Origin: a virus
Reading direction: 5' to 3' (one strand)
Virus genome (UHGV): UHGV-1373753
DNA: 36,558 bases
Each line of letters starts with the position of its first letter. The first letter of the stretch is position 1. The notes below the pieces were generated by a model. That model made no database searches, had not been told where the DNA came from, and saw only the letters and a program-made list of their open reading frames with translations. Shown piece by piece: positions 1-9,520 of this stretch. The position numbers were made by a program, and so were the translations under genes.

Positions 1-1
1 A

Positions 2-259
2 GAAACACAAGGATGGCAATTCGTAGAAAGATTTTTAAATCGAAAGAGAAAAGGGGTTGTAAATAATTTCGAACTTTTAAAAGCGATTAGCGCTGAACGA
101 GAATTCAGTGAGATGATTATTGCGTTGGCGGAAGAATTTAAAACGCCTGAAAAGCTGGAAGAGGCTTTAAAAGAGGAAATTTCAGAGGAGGAGCTGCGAC
201 ATACATTAGAAGCAGCTCAAGAAAGTGATTATCCTATATTCTTTCCTGGCATGCAGTGA
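2..259 (+). CDS. 3' end of an upstream ORF (partial, hypothetical)
   Basis: Frame open from position 2 to TGA at 257-259 (…EEALKEEISEEELRHTLEAAQESDYPIFFPGMQ*). No start codon inside the window. Confidence 0.3.
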   Translation, partial: ETQGWQFVERFLNRKRKGVVNNFELLKAISAEREFSEMIIALAEEFKTPEKLEEALKEEISEEELRHTLEAAQESDYPIFFPGMQ

Positions 260-347
260 GCGCATCCGTTTCTTTCGATGTTAAGCAAAATAAAGCAATC
301 CCGCCACGGAGGTTACGACGGCAATAAAAATAGGAGGTAAAAAGGCA

Positions 348-1064
348 TTGAACGAATTACAACAGAAATTAGACAGCCGGGAAGTGGCTGAGATGGTAGG
401 GAAAGCCCACAACAAACTTATGAGAGATATAAGAGATTATATCGATCAATTAGGAGAGTCCAAGATTGGACACACCGATTTCTTTTCGGAATCAACCTAC
501 ACAACAGCTCAAAACAAAGTGTTGCCGTGCTACCTAATCACGAAAGAGGGATGCGAGTTCATCGCCCACAAGCTTACAGGAGTCAAAGGGACGGAGTTCA
601 CAGCAAAATACATCAAACGGTTTCATGAGATGGAAAATATCATCAAAGAGCACGTTCCGCAGGGTAAAGAACTTCTTGCACTGGCAGTTCTGGAAGCGCA
701 GAAGACCATTGAAGAGCAGACAGCACAGATTGAGGAAATGAAGCCGAAAGCGATATTTGCGGATGCTGTCGCTACCAGTCATACATCCATCTTAATCGGC
801 GATCTGGCGAAGATTTTGAAACAGAACGGCGTTGAAACAGGGCAGAAGCGCTTATTTGAGTGGTTGCGTGAAAATGGATATCTGAGTAAGAGAAAAGGAA
901 CGGAATGGAACTCGCCCACACAGAAATCTATGAATTTAGGGCTGTTTGAAGTGAAAGAGACAACAGCTATGAATCCAGATGGTTCCGTTCGGATTAACAA
1001 AACCACAAAAGTAACCGGCAAAGGACAGCAGTATTTTATCAACAAATTCCTGAATGTAGCATAG
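348..1064 (+). CDS. Phage antirepressor / regulatory protein: Rha-family N-terminal domain plus KilA-C/ORF6C-type C-terminal domain
   Basis: TTG start 8-9 nt after AGGAGGT. N-terminus (SREVAEMVGKAHNKLMRDIRDYI…YLITKEGCEFIAHKLTGVKGTEFTAKYIKRFHEME) matches the Phage_pRha pattern. C-terminus (AIFADAVATS…LAKIL…NGYL…) matches KilAC/ORF6C. Confidence 0.7.
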   Translation: MNELQQKLDSREVAEMVGKAHNKLMRDIRDYIDQLGESKIGHTDFFSESTYTTAQNKVLPCYLITKEGCEFIAHKLTGVKGTEFTAKYIKRFHEMENIIKEHVPQGKELLALAVLEAQKTIEEQTAQIEEMKPKAIFADAVATSHTSILIGDLAKILKQNGVETGQKRLFEWLRENGYLSKRKGTEWNSPTQKSMNLGLFEVKETTAMNPDGSVRINKTTKVTGKGQQYFINKFLNVA

Positions 1065-1073
1065 GAGGTACAC

Positions 1074-1229
1074 ATGAGCGAAAAAGAGAAAGAAATCATC
1101 AGAAAAGTAGCGCAAGCACTGCCGGATATGTCCGACATGAATAAAGGTTATTTTCTCGGCTTTGCAGAAGCTATGGCATCGCAGAAGAGCCAGAAGAACG
1201 AAGAAAATAAAGAAAAAGAAGATGACTAG
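1074..1229 (+). CDS. Small hypothetical protein (51 aa, acidic Lys/Glu-rich C-terminus)
   Basis: ATG 1074 after AGGAGGT RBS. 52 codons ending at TAG 1227-1229. Confidence 0.35.
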   Translation: MSEKEKEIIRKVAQALPDMSDMNKGYFLGFAEAMASQKSQKNEENKEKEDD

Positions 1230-1416
1230 GACAACATATCATGGACAATCTAACCATCATACATATTAGAGAGGTGATTTTATGAAGCCAGATATGGAAA
1301 AAATCATACAAGTGTTGATATCTCTTATCGAAGAACAAGAACATGTGAAAATTGATTACACACTCGAAAAGAGGACAGAAGAGAAAACCGCTTAGGCGGT
1401 AGAAAGGAGGACAAGC

Positions 1417-1602
1417 ATGGAGATTAAAGGAACATACCGTTGCGATACCACCCAGCATCCAAACACCTTAAATAGCTGGGACATCCGGTCTGTATCGGTA
1501 GATCTGCCGGAGCAGGACAAGCCTTACTGGATCAGAGCTGGAGTGGCAGTGATCGGGTTTATCTTGGTGCTACTGGCGTGGTATCTGGTGTTTGGGTATT
1601 AA
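1417..1602 (+). CDS. Small membrane protein (61 aa, C-terminal TM helix)
   Basis: ATG 1417 after AAAGGAGG. C-terminus AGVAVIGFILVLLAWYLVFGY is hydrophobic. Confidence 0.35.
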   Translation: MEIKGTYRCDTTQHPNTLNSWDIRSVSVDLPEQDKPYWIRAGVAVIGFILVLLAWYLVFGY

Positions 1603-1689
1603 AAATGAGCACCTACAAAAAGGCTGGGGAGCCGTAGGTACTCTGACAAAAAATCAAGAATATAGTAACAGATTTTAGGAGGATAAGCA

Positions 1690-1953
1690 ATGGATAGAAA
1701 GAAAATACATGAACTTTTAGACTTAATTCTCGAGATCCAGGAACGCGGAGAAGGTAAGGATGGGTACCCTTATGTAAACATTGAATTCTTGAATTACGGT
1801 GGCAGAATACTTTTGTCCGCGCAAGAAAACGGATTTGTCGCGAATAGAGGTTACGATTTGTTTGACTGGATTGAAACAGATAAGCAACTAGATGATGCAA
1901 TCGTTTTTGCGAAAGTATTACTGGAAAAAGCAGTGGATATGGTGGGCGAATAA
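1690..1953 (+). CDS. Hypothetical phage early protein (87 aa)
   Basis: ATG 1690 after TAGGAGGAT RBS. Same strand and spacing as neighbouring early genes. Confidence 0.45.
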   Translation: MDRKKIHELLDLILEIQERGEGKDGYPYVNIEFLNYGGRILLSAQENGFVANRGYDLFDWIETDKQLDDAIVFAKVLLEKAVDMVGE

Positions 1954-1954
1954 T

Positions 1955-2101
1955 ATGTACGGATATACAGAAGAACTGGAAGAAATAACAGATCAAGAAG
2001 CGACTGAAAAAGATAGATATTTTAGGGTGCGCAAAAGGCACTATCAGAATTATTGCGATTTTATGGAGGAAATAACAAATGGCAACATTATACGAGATTG
2101 A
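1955..2101 (+). CDS. Hypothetical small protein (48 aa)
   Basis: Internal ATG 1955 (MYGYTEELEE…) directly after the stop of the previous gene. The upstream part of the six-frame ORF overlaps 1690..1953. Confidence 0.3.
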   Translation: MYGYTEELEEITDQEATEKDRYFRVRKRHYQNYCDFMEEITNGNIIRD

Positions 2102-2543
2102 CGAAGAGATTTTAAATTGTGTAGATCAGGAAACAGGCGAGATTATCGACCCAGAAAAGCTGGCACAGTTGCAGATGGATTTTGACAAAAAGGTAGAGGG
2201 AATTGCTCTCTGGATCAAAAACCTCTTATCTGATGCAGAAGCAATCAAGGCAGAGAAAAACAAACTGGCTGACCGCCAGAAAACATGTGAAAACAAGGCA
2301 AGAAACTTGAAAGAATACCTGTCTGGTTATTTATGTGGTGAAAAATTTAAGACACCAAGAGTCAGCATTTCTTATCGAAAATCAGAGAGTGTAGAGGTAC
2401 AGGATATTTCAAAGCTGGATGAAGAATATTTGAAATTCGTTGATCCCGAGGTGGACAAGACCAAAGTGAAAAAGGCACTGAAAGATGGAATCGAACTCTC
2501 TGGCGTTGTATTGGTGCAGAATAATAATATTCAGATTCGGTAG
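2079..2543 (+). CDS. Siphovirus Gp157-family protein
   Basis: 154 aa starting MATLYEIDEE. Central coiled coil (KAEKNKLADRQKTCENKARNLKEY). C-terminus …KALKDGIELSGVVLVQNNNIQIR is typical of Sipho_Gp157. Sits just upstream of the annealing-protein gene, as in Sfi21-like phages. Confidence 0.65.
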   Translation: MATLYEIDEEILNCVDQETGEIIDPEKLAQLQMDFDKKVEGIALWIKNLLSDAEAIKAEKNKLADRQKTCENKARNLKEYLSGYLCGEKFKTPRVSISYRKSESVEVQDISKLDEEYLKFVDPEVDKTKVKKALKDGIELSGVVLVQNNNIQIR

Positions 2544-2552
2544 GTGAGAAAT

Positions 2553-3260
2553 ATGGAATTTAGGACATTAAAGGCAAACGAGATTGAATGTCGGATCGCA
2601 ACGGTGAAGAGTAATGGGATATCACTATTACTATACAAAGATGCAAGGTGCGATATGAATATCTTGGATGAAACTGTTGGAAAGTTAAATTGGAAAAGAG
2701 AACATAGCAGAGACAACGCAAACTGCACCGTGAGTATATGGGATGATGATAAAGGTATCTGGGTTTCCAAAGAAGATACAGGAACGGAAAGCTTTACTGA
2801 AAAACAGAAAGGTCTTGCATCCGACAGCTTTAAGAGAGCTTGCTTTAACTGGGGAATCGGAAGAGAGTTATATACCGCTCCGTTTATTTGGATCCCATCC
2901 GATAAATGCGAAATTTCCGCGAAACAGAATGGTAATGGAAGCACTTGTTATGATCGTTTTCGAGTAAGCTATGTTGGTTATGACAAAGAAAGGAACATAG
3001 ATGCCCTGAAAATCGAAAATGAGAAAACCGGAAAAGTAGTATTTTCGCTTGGTAGAAATGCCGGAAATTATAATCCTGCTAATCAAGAAGAATCTCTCAA
3101 AAACTATGTGACCGAATCACAGGTAAAAACACTGGAAATTTGCATTCCTAAGCATAAGCAGACAATAGCGAATGTGTGTCGGGTTTATAATGTGTCTGGT
3201 TTGCGAGAACTGACAGTGGAGCAATTTAAAAAGCTTATGAGAAATATGGGAGAAGAATAA
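2553..3260 (+). CDS. Single-strand annealing protein (ERF/Rad52-type recombinase)
   Basis: ATG 2553 after GGTGAG. Motif KGLASDSFKRACFNWGIGRELY resembles the Rad52/Sak/ERF annealing-protein core. Position between Gp157 and NinB/RusA fits a recombination module. Confidence 0.5.
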   Translation: MEFRTLKANEIECRIATVKSNGISLLLYKDARCDMNILDETVGKLNWKREHSRDNANCTVSIWDDDKGIWVSKEDTGTESFTEKQKGLASDSFKRACFNWGIGRELYTAPFIWIPSDKCEISAKQNGNGSTCYDRFRVSYVGYDKERNIDALKIENEKTGKVVFSLGRNAGNYNPANQEESLKNYVTESQVKTLEICIPKHKQTIANVCRVYNVSGLRELTVEQFKKLMRNMGEE

Positions 3261-3811
3261 TGAGGTTTACAGGAAGATTGAAAGAACCTGTCGCAGATTA
3301 TCACAGTGGAAAGCTGACCATTCTATTCGAGCCTATAGAGGACTTCCGACAAGCCTACGATGAACTGAAAGATTATGAGAAATTAACGCTTGAAATAAAG
3401 CCGTACAGAGCAAAGAGAAGCCTTGACGCGAACTCTTATTTGTGGGTGTTACTCGATAAATTAGCGGAAAAGTTGGACATCACTAGGTGGCAAGCGTACC
3501 TAAATGAATTAAAATCCCACGGTGCTTTTGAGTACATACCGCTCCGGGAAAAAGACATCTATCTGGCACAGTCAGTGTTCCGGATTGTGATAGATCGTGG
3601 AGCACAGGAAGTAAAAGACCTAAAAGGGAGAACTGAAACATTACACACTCTGCAATGCTACAAAGGGTCAAGCAAGTATAACACAAAAGAAATGAGCAGA
3701 CTCATCAAAGGCGTGTTGGAAGATTGCAGAGAGGTTGGAATACCAGATGCAGACCTTTTGACCCCAGATGAAAAAGAAGAGCTTAGACAAAAATGGGGGA
3801 TTGAACTGTGA
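3260..3811 (+). CDS. NinB-like recombination protein (Orf family)
   Basis: RSLDANSYLWVLL matches the lambda NinB motif RSLDQNRKLWA. 183 aa. Confidence 0.45.
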   Translation: MRFTGRLKEPVADYHSGKLTILFEPIEDFRQAYDELKDYEKLTLEIKPYRAKRSLDANSYLWVLLDKLAEKLDITRWQAYLNELKSHGAFEYIPLREKDIYLAQSVFRIVIDRGAQEVKDLKGRTETLHTLQCYKGSSKYNTKEMSRLIKGVLEDCREVGIPDADLLTPDEKEELRQKWGIEL

Positions 3812-4188
3812 GCATTGATTACAGTAACATGGCATTCCCTAAGCCGAAGCGCAAGAAAAAGAAAAAAGGTCATCAGAGGACGTCCGGCAGACCAAAGAAG
3901 CTGTGGAGCATATTCACAGAGGATATGGATCACTGCATGTACACCGGAGTTTACGGAGTGGAGAGGCATCATGTTTTTAGTCACACATCGAAAGAAATTG
4001 AACTTTCGGAGGATTATGGTTTTATCGCTCCATTGAGACCAGACCTGCATCCAAACGGAACAAGGGCAGGGGAGAATGCATCAAAAGTTGACCGATACTT
4101 AAGAAAACGCTGCAAAGAGTATTATTTGCAGCACTACGGAACAGAAGAGCAGTTCCGACAAGAATTTCACTATGTTAGCAAAGGGTAA
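3808..4188 (+). CDS. Hypothetical protein with basic N-terminus and a putative HNH-like His pair (possible nuclease)
   Basis: GTG 3808 after GGGGGA. N-terminus PKPKRKKKKKGHQR and an ERHHVFSH motif. Lies in the recombination module. Confidence 0.3.
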   Translation: MSIDYSNMAFPKPKRKKKKKGHQRTSGRPKKLWSIFTEDMDHCMYTGVYGVERHHVFSHTSKEIELSEDYGFIAPLRPDLHPNGTRAGENASKVDRYLRKRCKEYYLQHYGTEEQFRQEFHYVSKG

Positions 4189-4301
4189 CCTTTCGCTATA
4201 AATTGTAACCCGTTCATGGCTGCTGCACAGTACGTCACAAATACCTTAAGTAAGCCAGATTCATTGTCTCCCGGTAATTCCGGGAGCAGAAAGGAGAATA
4301 A

Positions 4302-4712
4302 ATGGTAATTACAATTCCGGGCAAACCGGTTGGAAAAGCAAGACCGAGATTCCGCAGAGCCGGATTTAAAGTCATTACATATACGCCAGACGAAAGCAAA
4401 AAATACGAAAAGGAAGTTGCAAGGATTTACAAGCAGAGTATAGGCGTGCTTTACACGGACATCCCTCTGAGAGTTCGAATTTTAGCGAAATTTCCGATTC
4501 CAGAGAGCTGGTCTAAGAAGAATAAGGATAGGGCTTTAAAAGGAGAAATGAAGCCGAATAAGAAGCCTGACTTAGACAACATTGCAAAAATCATTCTGGA
4601 TGGCCTGAATGGAGTCGCATATACGGATGATAAGCAGGTAACCAGTCTGGAGATTGAAAAAGTGTACTCGGATACACCTTGCGTGGTGGTCTATATTGCG
4701 GAGGATGAGTAA
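4302..4712 (+). CDS. rusA: RusA-family Holliday junction resolvase
   Basis: IPGKPVGKARPRF…DLDNIAKIILDGLNGVAYTDDKQV is the RusA signature. RBS AGAAAGGAGAA. Confidence 0.85.
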   Translation: MVITIPGKPVGKARPRFRRAGFKVITYTPDESKKYEKEVARIYKQSIGVLYTDIPLRVRILAKFPIPESWSKKNKDRALKGEMKPNKKPDLDNIAKIILDGLNGVAYTDDKQVTSLEIEKVYSDTPCVVVYIAEDE

Positions 4713-5581
4713 TGGCAGAGGTGAAGTGGATCAAGATAGCAACGGATATCTTTGATGATGAAAAGATATTGCTGATAGAGAGTTTACCGGATGCTTATGC
4801 AATTATAACAGTCTGGTTCAAGTTGCTATGTCTTGCCGGGAAAAAGAATAACGGTGGTGTATTCCTGATGAATGACAAGATTCCCTACACAGACAAGATG
4901 CTGGCAACAATCTTTAGAATGAATGAATCCACTGTAAAGTTGGCTTTGAATGCGTTTGAGCAATTTAAAATGATTGAGATAGTGGAGGGAATAATCACGA
5001 TCCCGAACTGGAATAAGCACCAGACATTGGATGCTTATGAACGGAAAAAAGAGCGTGACAGGCTGTACCAAGAGGAAAGAAGAGCCAAACAAAGAGCTTT
5101 GATCGAAAAATCGTCTGACAAGTCGTCTGAAAGAACGTCTGACGTCGCTGTTTCAGATATAGATAAAGAAGAAGATAAAGAAAAAGATAATAATATATAT
5201 GTCCCGTACAAAGAGATCATAACTTACCTGAATGAAAAGACAGGCAAGAAACTAAGGTGGGATGTTAAGAGTAACCAGAAGGAAATAAAAGCCAGATTCA
5301 ATGAAGGATACACTCTGGATGACTTTAAGACGGTGATTGATAAAAAATACCATGAGTGGGGCAGAAAGCCGACAAAAGAGGAATTACAGCGCGGCATTAA
5401 GGATATGAGGATATATCTAAGACCAAAAACCCTGTTCGGCAGTAATTTCGATGTTTATCTTAACCAAGAGCAGACGGAAAAAATGCCAGCAAAACCGCCA
5501 GTAAGCAGAAATCTAAACAACTTTGAGCGCAGAGAATACGACATGGACTCTCTGGAAGAGCAGCTGTTGAATTCGAATTAA
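4712..5581 (+). CDS. Phage replisome organizer (DnaD-like N-terminal domain plus conserved phage C-terminal domain)
   Basis: 289 aa. N-terminus WIKIATDIFDDEKI…AYAIITVWFKLLCLAGK matches phage_rep_org_N. An acidic/Ser-rich linker is followed by a C-terminal PYKEIITYLNEKTGKK…TLDDFKTVIDKKYHEW domain of the phage conserved C-terminus type. Confidence 0.7.
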   Translation: MAEVKWIKIATDIFDDEKILLIESLPDAYAIITVWFKLLCLAGKKNNGGVFLMNDKIPYTDKMLATIFRMNESTVKLALNAFEQFKMIEIVEGIITIPNWNKHQTLDAYERKKERDRLYQEERRAKQRALIEKSSDKSSERTSDVAVSDIDKEEDKEKDNNIYVPYKEIITYLNEKTGKKLRWDVKSNQKEIKARFNEGYTLDDFKTVIDKKYHEWGRKPTKEELQRGIKDMRIYLRPKTLFGSNFDVYLNQEQTEKMPAKPPVSRNLNNFERREYDMDSLEEQLLNSN

Positions 5582-5592
5582 GGAGGAACAAA

Positions 5593-6324
5593 ATGAAAGA
5601 AGAATTATTAAAAATGGCACAGGAGTGTCTCTCCGAGGAAGAAGTAAAGGAAATACTCAAAAAGAAATTTAAGGAATCGATAGAATCGGCAATAGGATCA
5701 GCGTTTAGATGGGGAGATGCGGAAAAGGCACTGAAGAAAAAGATAAACGATGTCATGGTGCCGTACATAGAGAAGTATGATTTTTCGGAATACCTTCCAA
5801 AGTTGGATACGGTGCTTACAGAAATCGTAAATTCCGATGCTTGCATTGAGAATAAAAAGATTCTAGAAAATTTTAAGGAATTATCAATCAAGCAGGAAGA
5901 AAAAGAAATGAAAGTCACTGATCTGTTTGATGCATGGATTGCAATGTGCGAAAAGAAGATCAGCACAACTGGTCTGGAAGTGGAGTTTGACGATGGACCA
6001 TGCTACGAATCGGTCAGTTGCGAGATGCGAATAGAAGAGTGTGAAAGATCTACTTGGAGCTCCATGCATAGGGCGGTAATCATTTTCGAAAACGAACACG
6101 ATGAAGGGTTGAATATGGAAATTCCGATATCGAAATGGGATTTTGAGAAAGAGTATACACTTGACAGTTTGGGATGTGTAGACATTAAGTCGTTGAGATA
6201 CCTTGGGGAATTTGACATGCTGTTGCTGAGATTGCAAAGAGCGGGAACGAAAATCATCATAAACGAAATGGAAGCAGATGGAGAAATATGTCCAGAGGAA
6301 GAGCCAGAAGCAAGCTTTAGTTAG
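5593..6324 (+). CDS. Hypothetical protein (243 aa, acidic)
   Basis: Strong RBS AAGGAGGAACAAAATG. No recognisable motif. Confidence 0.5.
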   Translation: MKEELLKMAQECLSEEEVKEILKKKFKESIESAIGSAFRWGDAEKALKKKINDVMVPYIEKYDFSEYLPKLDTVLTEIVNSDACIENKKILENFKELSIKQEEKEMKVTDLFDAWIAMCEKKISTTGLEVEFDDGPCYESVSCEMRIEECERSTWSSMHRAVIIFENEHDEGLNMEIPISKWDFEKEYTLDSLGCVDIKSLRYLGEFDMLLLRLQRAGTKIIINEMEADGEICPEEEPEASFS

Positions 6325-6332
6325 GAGGAACT

Positions 6333-6917
6333 ATGGAACCGAAGAAAGTAACAATAAACTACGCTCTGCTCTGCAAGGAATTGGAGAAGCAGGGCAAGAC
6401 GAAAGAGAAATTCTCGGCGGAACTCGGGAGAAGCAAGTCTTTTGTCTGTAATATGGCGAAGAACCCGGAACAGACAGAAGATTTTGAAAGAACCATGTGT
6501 TTACTTCTCGGACTTGAACCGGGAAGTCTGGTAAAAGAGCCGGAAAAGAAAGGCATGACCGCAGCACAGGCACTTACAGTCATCCGGGATGAGATTTTAG
6601 AGAATCGCAGAATCATGCAGGAGAATTTTGAGAAAATCTGGAACAAGCTGAACACCAATACCGTCCAATTGGAAAAGATCAAGGACAAGGTCAATACGAT
6701 GTCAAAGACCGACTACGACAAAGCTTTAGAGTGGCTGCAAGACAAGATGGAAGGTGGACGCTATGACGGGGCGAAACTGCTCATGGAGTCAGATGCAGCG
6801 GGAATCAAACGGTCAGATGTTATGAAAGCAAAAGCGGAACTTGGAGTAAGAATCCAGACTACAGGGTACGGAAAGAATGTGAAAGCATGGTGGAGCTTAA
6901 AGGGTGAACAGGCATGA
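6333..6917 (+). CDS. Hypothetical protein with N-terminal HTH-like segment (194 aa)
   Basis: RBS TAGGAGGAACT. N-terminus KELEKQGKTKEKFSAELGRSKSFVCNMAKNP resembles an XRE-type helix-turn-helix. Confidence 0.45.
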   Translation: MEPKKVTINYALLCKELEKQGKTKEKFSAELGRSKSFVCNMAKNPEQTEDFERTMCLLLGLEPGSLVKEPEKKGMTAAQALTVIRDEILENRRIMQENFEKIWNKLNTNTVQLEKIKDKVNTMSKTDYDKALEWLQDKMEGGRYDGAKLLMESDAAGIKRSDVMKAKAELGVRIQTTGYGKNVKAWWSLKGEQA

Positions 6918-7027
6918 ACATGAAAAGATATGGGTTTAAGATTTGCAAGAAAAGACACGGAAACATGGATTTTTACACAAAAGTTAGCTCCAAGCGCAAG
7001 AGAAAGAAAAGGGTGAGAGGAAAATGA
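6914..7027 (+). CDS. Micro-ORF encoding a highly basic 37-aa peptide
   Basis: ATGA overlaps with both the upstream (6915-6917) and downstream (7024-7027) genes. Peptide MNMKRYGFKICKKRHGNMDFYTKVSSKRKRKKRVRGK. Confidence 0.25.
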   Translation: MNMKRYGFKICKKRHGNMDFYTKVSSKRKRKKRVRGK

Positions 7028-7506
7028 GTAGACCAGCACACTTTCTTGATCCGTACCAGTTCCAAATCGAAGAGATGATAAAACTCGGATGCACGGATGA
7101 GCATATCTGCAGAGTGCTTGAGGATATTACCGGAAAAGAAGTGAAAAAGAGGGTAATAGCAAACAAGAGGATGTGGTTAAGAAAGATGGAAAATAAAAGA
7201 AAACAATACGAACCGTACAAGGGAGAAATTAAGTACATGATCGAATACGGACTTACGATCCAGAACATCTATGCAGCAATAAGCGAAGAGAGCGGAATAG
7301 ATGCGAGCATTGAAACGTTTAAAAACTTCCTGAAGGATAACGATATGATGCCTGAGTCAAAGAAACAGGAAGCTTCGGTCAAGGATATCTTTGGCAACAT
7401 TGCAAATTACATGGAGTTTCACGAGGACTGGGTGCGGACTAGTTGTAGGCTCAATCGATCGATAGCAAATCCAAACAGGGTATTGATGCGAAGGTATTTA
7501 CAGTAA
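7024..7506 (+). CDS. Hypothetical protein (160 aa)
   Basis: RBS AGGGTGAGAGGAAAATG. No recognisable motif. Confidence 0.45.
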   Translation: MSRPAHFLDPYQFQIEEMIKLGCTDEHICRVLEDITGKEVKKRVIANKRMWLRKMENKRKQYEPYKGEIKYMIEYGLTIQNIYAAISEESGIDASIETFKNFLKDNDMMPESKKQEASVKDIFGNIANYMEFHEDWVRTSCRLNRSIANPNRVLMRRYLQ

Positions 7507-7580
7507 GCTATGAAAAATAAACGAAAATAGAAAGGAGCCAGCCTCCGGCCGGGGCAAGGGTATACCGGGCTTCTGAGAAA

Positions 7581-8942
7581 ATGGAAAATTTGATTATAGA
7601 TTGCTTCGCCGGAGGAGGTGGAGCGAGCGTAGGAATAGAAATGGCACTTGGAAGACAAGTAGATATTGCAATCAATCACGATCCGGATGCAATTTTGATG
7701 CACAAGACAAACCACCCGAAAACATTGCATCTCACAGAAGATATCTTCAGGGTAGATTTGAAGAAATATGTGAAAGGAAAGCGAGTTGCTTTAATGTGGG
7801 CGAGTCCTGATTGTACCAGCCACAGCAAGGCAAAAGGCGGGAAGCCGAGGGAAAAAGGACTTCGGATTTTGCCTTGGGCGGTATACAAACACGCAAAAGC
7901 AATTCTCCCAGATGTGATTATCATGGAAAACGTGGAAGAGATTCAGCAATGGGGACCGCTGGATGAAAACGGGCATCCGATTAAGGAACGGCGTGGGGAA
8001 GATTATAAGAAGTTCATTACGGCAATGAAGAGTCTCGGGTATATATTCGACTGCCGGGAGCTTATTGCGGCAGACTATGGCGCGCCAACTACAAGAAAGC
8101 GCTGGTATGCAATATTTCGAAGAGACGGAAAAGACATCGTGTGGCCAGAAAAGACGAATTTTAAATCCAGAGATCCGAAATGGCAGGAATGCGGGGCATA
8201 TATCGATTGGTCTGATTTAGGGAAAACGATATTTGATAGACCAAAACCGTTGGCAGATGCAACGATGAAAAGGATTGCAAATGGAATCAGAAAATATGTA
8301 ATAGACAATCCATCTCCCTATATCGTGAGAAATAAAGATGCTGTTGCATTTATGATTCAATATCACGGAGAAACAAAAATTGGAGAATCAAGAGGACAGT
8401 TGCTGACAGAACCAATTAAAACAATCGACACATCAAACAGGTACGGGCTGGTGACAGCTTTTATTACAAAATTTTATAAAAGTGGAATCGGACAGGGATG
8501 CAACGAACCTTTACACACAATCACAACATCACCTGGACATTTTGGATTGATATCTGCGTTTTTAATTAAGTATTACGGAACTGGCGGAGGACAAGAACTT
8601 TCAAATCCGCTTGCAACGATTACTACAAAAGATCGTTTTGGACTAGTAAATGTGATTCTGGATATCGAAGGCGAAAAGTATGTCATGAAGGATATTTTCC
8701 TAAGAATGTTAAAACCGGAAGAACTTAAATTAATGCAGGGATTTCCGGATGATTACATTATTGACAGGGATTACAAATACAGGAGATATCCGATCGCAAA
8801 ACAAGTGGCTAGAATCGGAAACAGTGTAGTGCCAATTATGGCACAGAAACTGGTAGAAGCAAACTGCCCGTATTTAAAAATCGGGAATAGGGTGCCGAAC
8901 ATAGAAATATATGAGGATGAGCAGCAAATTAGGTTTGCGTAG
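7581..8942 (+). CDS. DNA cytosine-5 methyltransferase (orphan, phage-type)
   Basis: Motif I DCFAGGGG, catalytic motif SPDCTSHSKAKGG, motif VI ENVEE, and C-terminal …RMLKPEELKLMQGFPDDY (motif X-like). The variable region carries two to three copies of a …PL-TITT-DRFGL(V/I) unit. Confidence 0.8.
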   Translation: MENLIIDCFAGGGGASVGIEMALGRQVDIAINHDPDAILMHKTNHPKTLHLTEDIFRVDLKKYVKGKRVALMWASPDCTSHSKAKGGKPREKGLRILPWAVYKHAKAILPDVIIMENVEEIQQWGPLDENGHPIKERRGEDYKKFITAMKSLGYIFDCRELIAADYGAPTTRKRWYAIFRRDGKDIVWPEKTNFKSRDPKWQECGAYIDWSDLGKTIFDRPKPLADATMKRIANGIRKYVIDNPSPYIVRNKDAVAFMIQYHGETKIGESRGQLLTEPIKTIDTSNRYGLVTAFITKFYKSGIGQGCNEPLHTITTSPGHFGLISAFLIKYYGTGGGQELSNPLATITTKDRFGLVNVILDIEGEKYVMKDIFLRMLKPEELKLMQGFPDDYIIDRDYKYRRYPIAKQVARIGNSVVPIMAQKLVEANCPYLKIGNRVPNIEIYEDEQQIRFA

Positions 8943-8957
8943 TAGGAGGAATGACTA

Positions 8958-9353
8958 ATGCCAAAAACAGAAGAAACATGGATGGATGGGATCACCACAG
9001 AAATGATGGAGCATATCTGCGACAACCTGTGCAAGCATCCAGATCATTTAAGTGGTGAAGCACTGGAAGATAAATACGCAGAGTGTAAGATGGGGCGGTT
9101 TGTGTGCGATATTTTGAACCAGTATAACAAGGTGAATGATTTTGCAAACAGCCAGTGCGCGAAGTTGATGTGTGAGATGCATGAGCTGAAAGAACGAGAT
9201 ACGGCAAAGAAGCCGAATATAATGGACTACATACTTGGTGACATTAACTTTAAATGCCCTACGTGCAAAAGTGAATATATTTGCGAAAAAGGTTATGAAC
9301 ATTTTTATTGCCCGAATTGCGGTCAGAGAATAGATTGGAGTGAGGAAGAATGA
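8958..9353 (+). CDS. Cys-rich hypothetical protein with C-terminal zinc ribbon
   Basis: RBS GTAGGAGGAATG. 131 aa with 13 Cys. C-terminus CPTCKSEYICEKGYEHFYCPNCG. Confidence 0.45.
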   Translation: MPKTEETWMDGITTEMMEHICDNLCKHPDHLSGEALEDKYAECKMGRFVCDILNQYNKVNDFANSQCAKLMCEMHELKERDTAKKPNIMDYILGDINFKCPTCKSEYICEKGYEHFYCPNCGQRIDWSEEE

Positions 9354-9520
9354 TTTTATTTTGCCCTGATTTAACTGGAAAAGAAGAGGTAAAAGCAATG
9401 CTTATTGGCAACGGCGATTTTGTTAGACCAGTGTTGCATCCGTGTATCAAAGAAAAATGTGTAGCGTACAAGGATGGAAAGTGCATGAAATACGATAATG
9501 AAGTGGAGGCAAAAGAATGA
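9350..9520 (+). CDS. Small Cys-rich protein (56 aa)
   Basis: ATGA overlap with the upstream stop, and its own stop overlaps the next start (9517). Peptide MILFCPDLTGKEEVK…HPCIKEKCVAYKDGKC. Confidence 0.35.
   Translation: MILFCPDLTGKEEVKAMLIGNGDFVRPVLHPCIKEKCVAYKDGKCMKYDNEVEAKE

Noticed and set aside
5460-5966. 168-aa minus-strand ORF antisense to the replisome-organizer and 5593 genes; similar antisense ORFs at 2531-2944, 24622-25104 and 25729-26139
   Set aside because: All overlap strongly supported +-strand genes, lack SD sequences, and have Ser/Phe/Leu-rich compositions typical of antisense frames.
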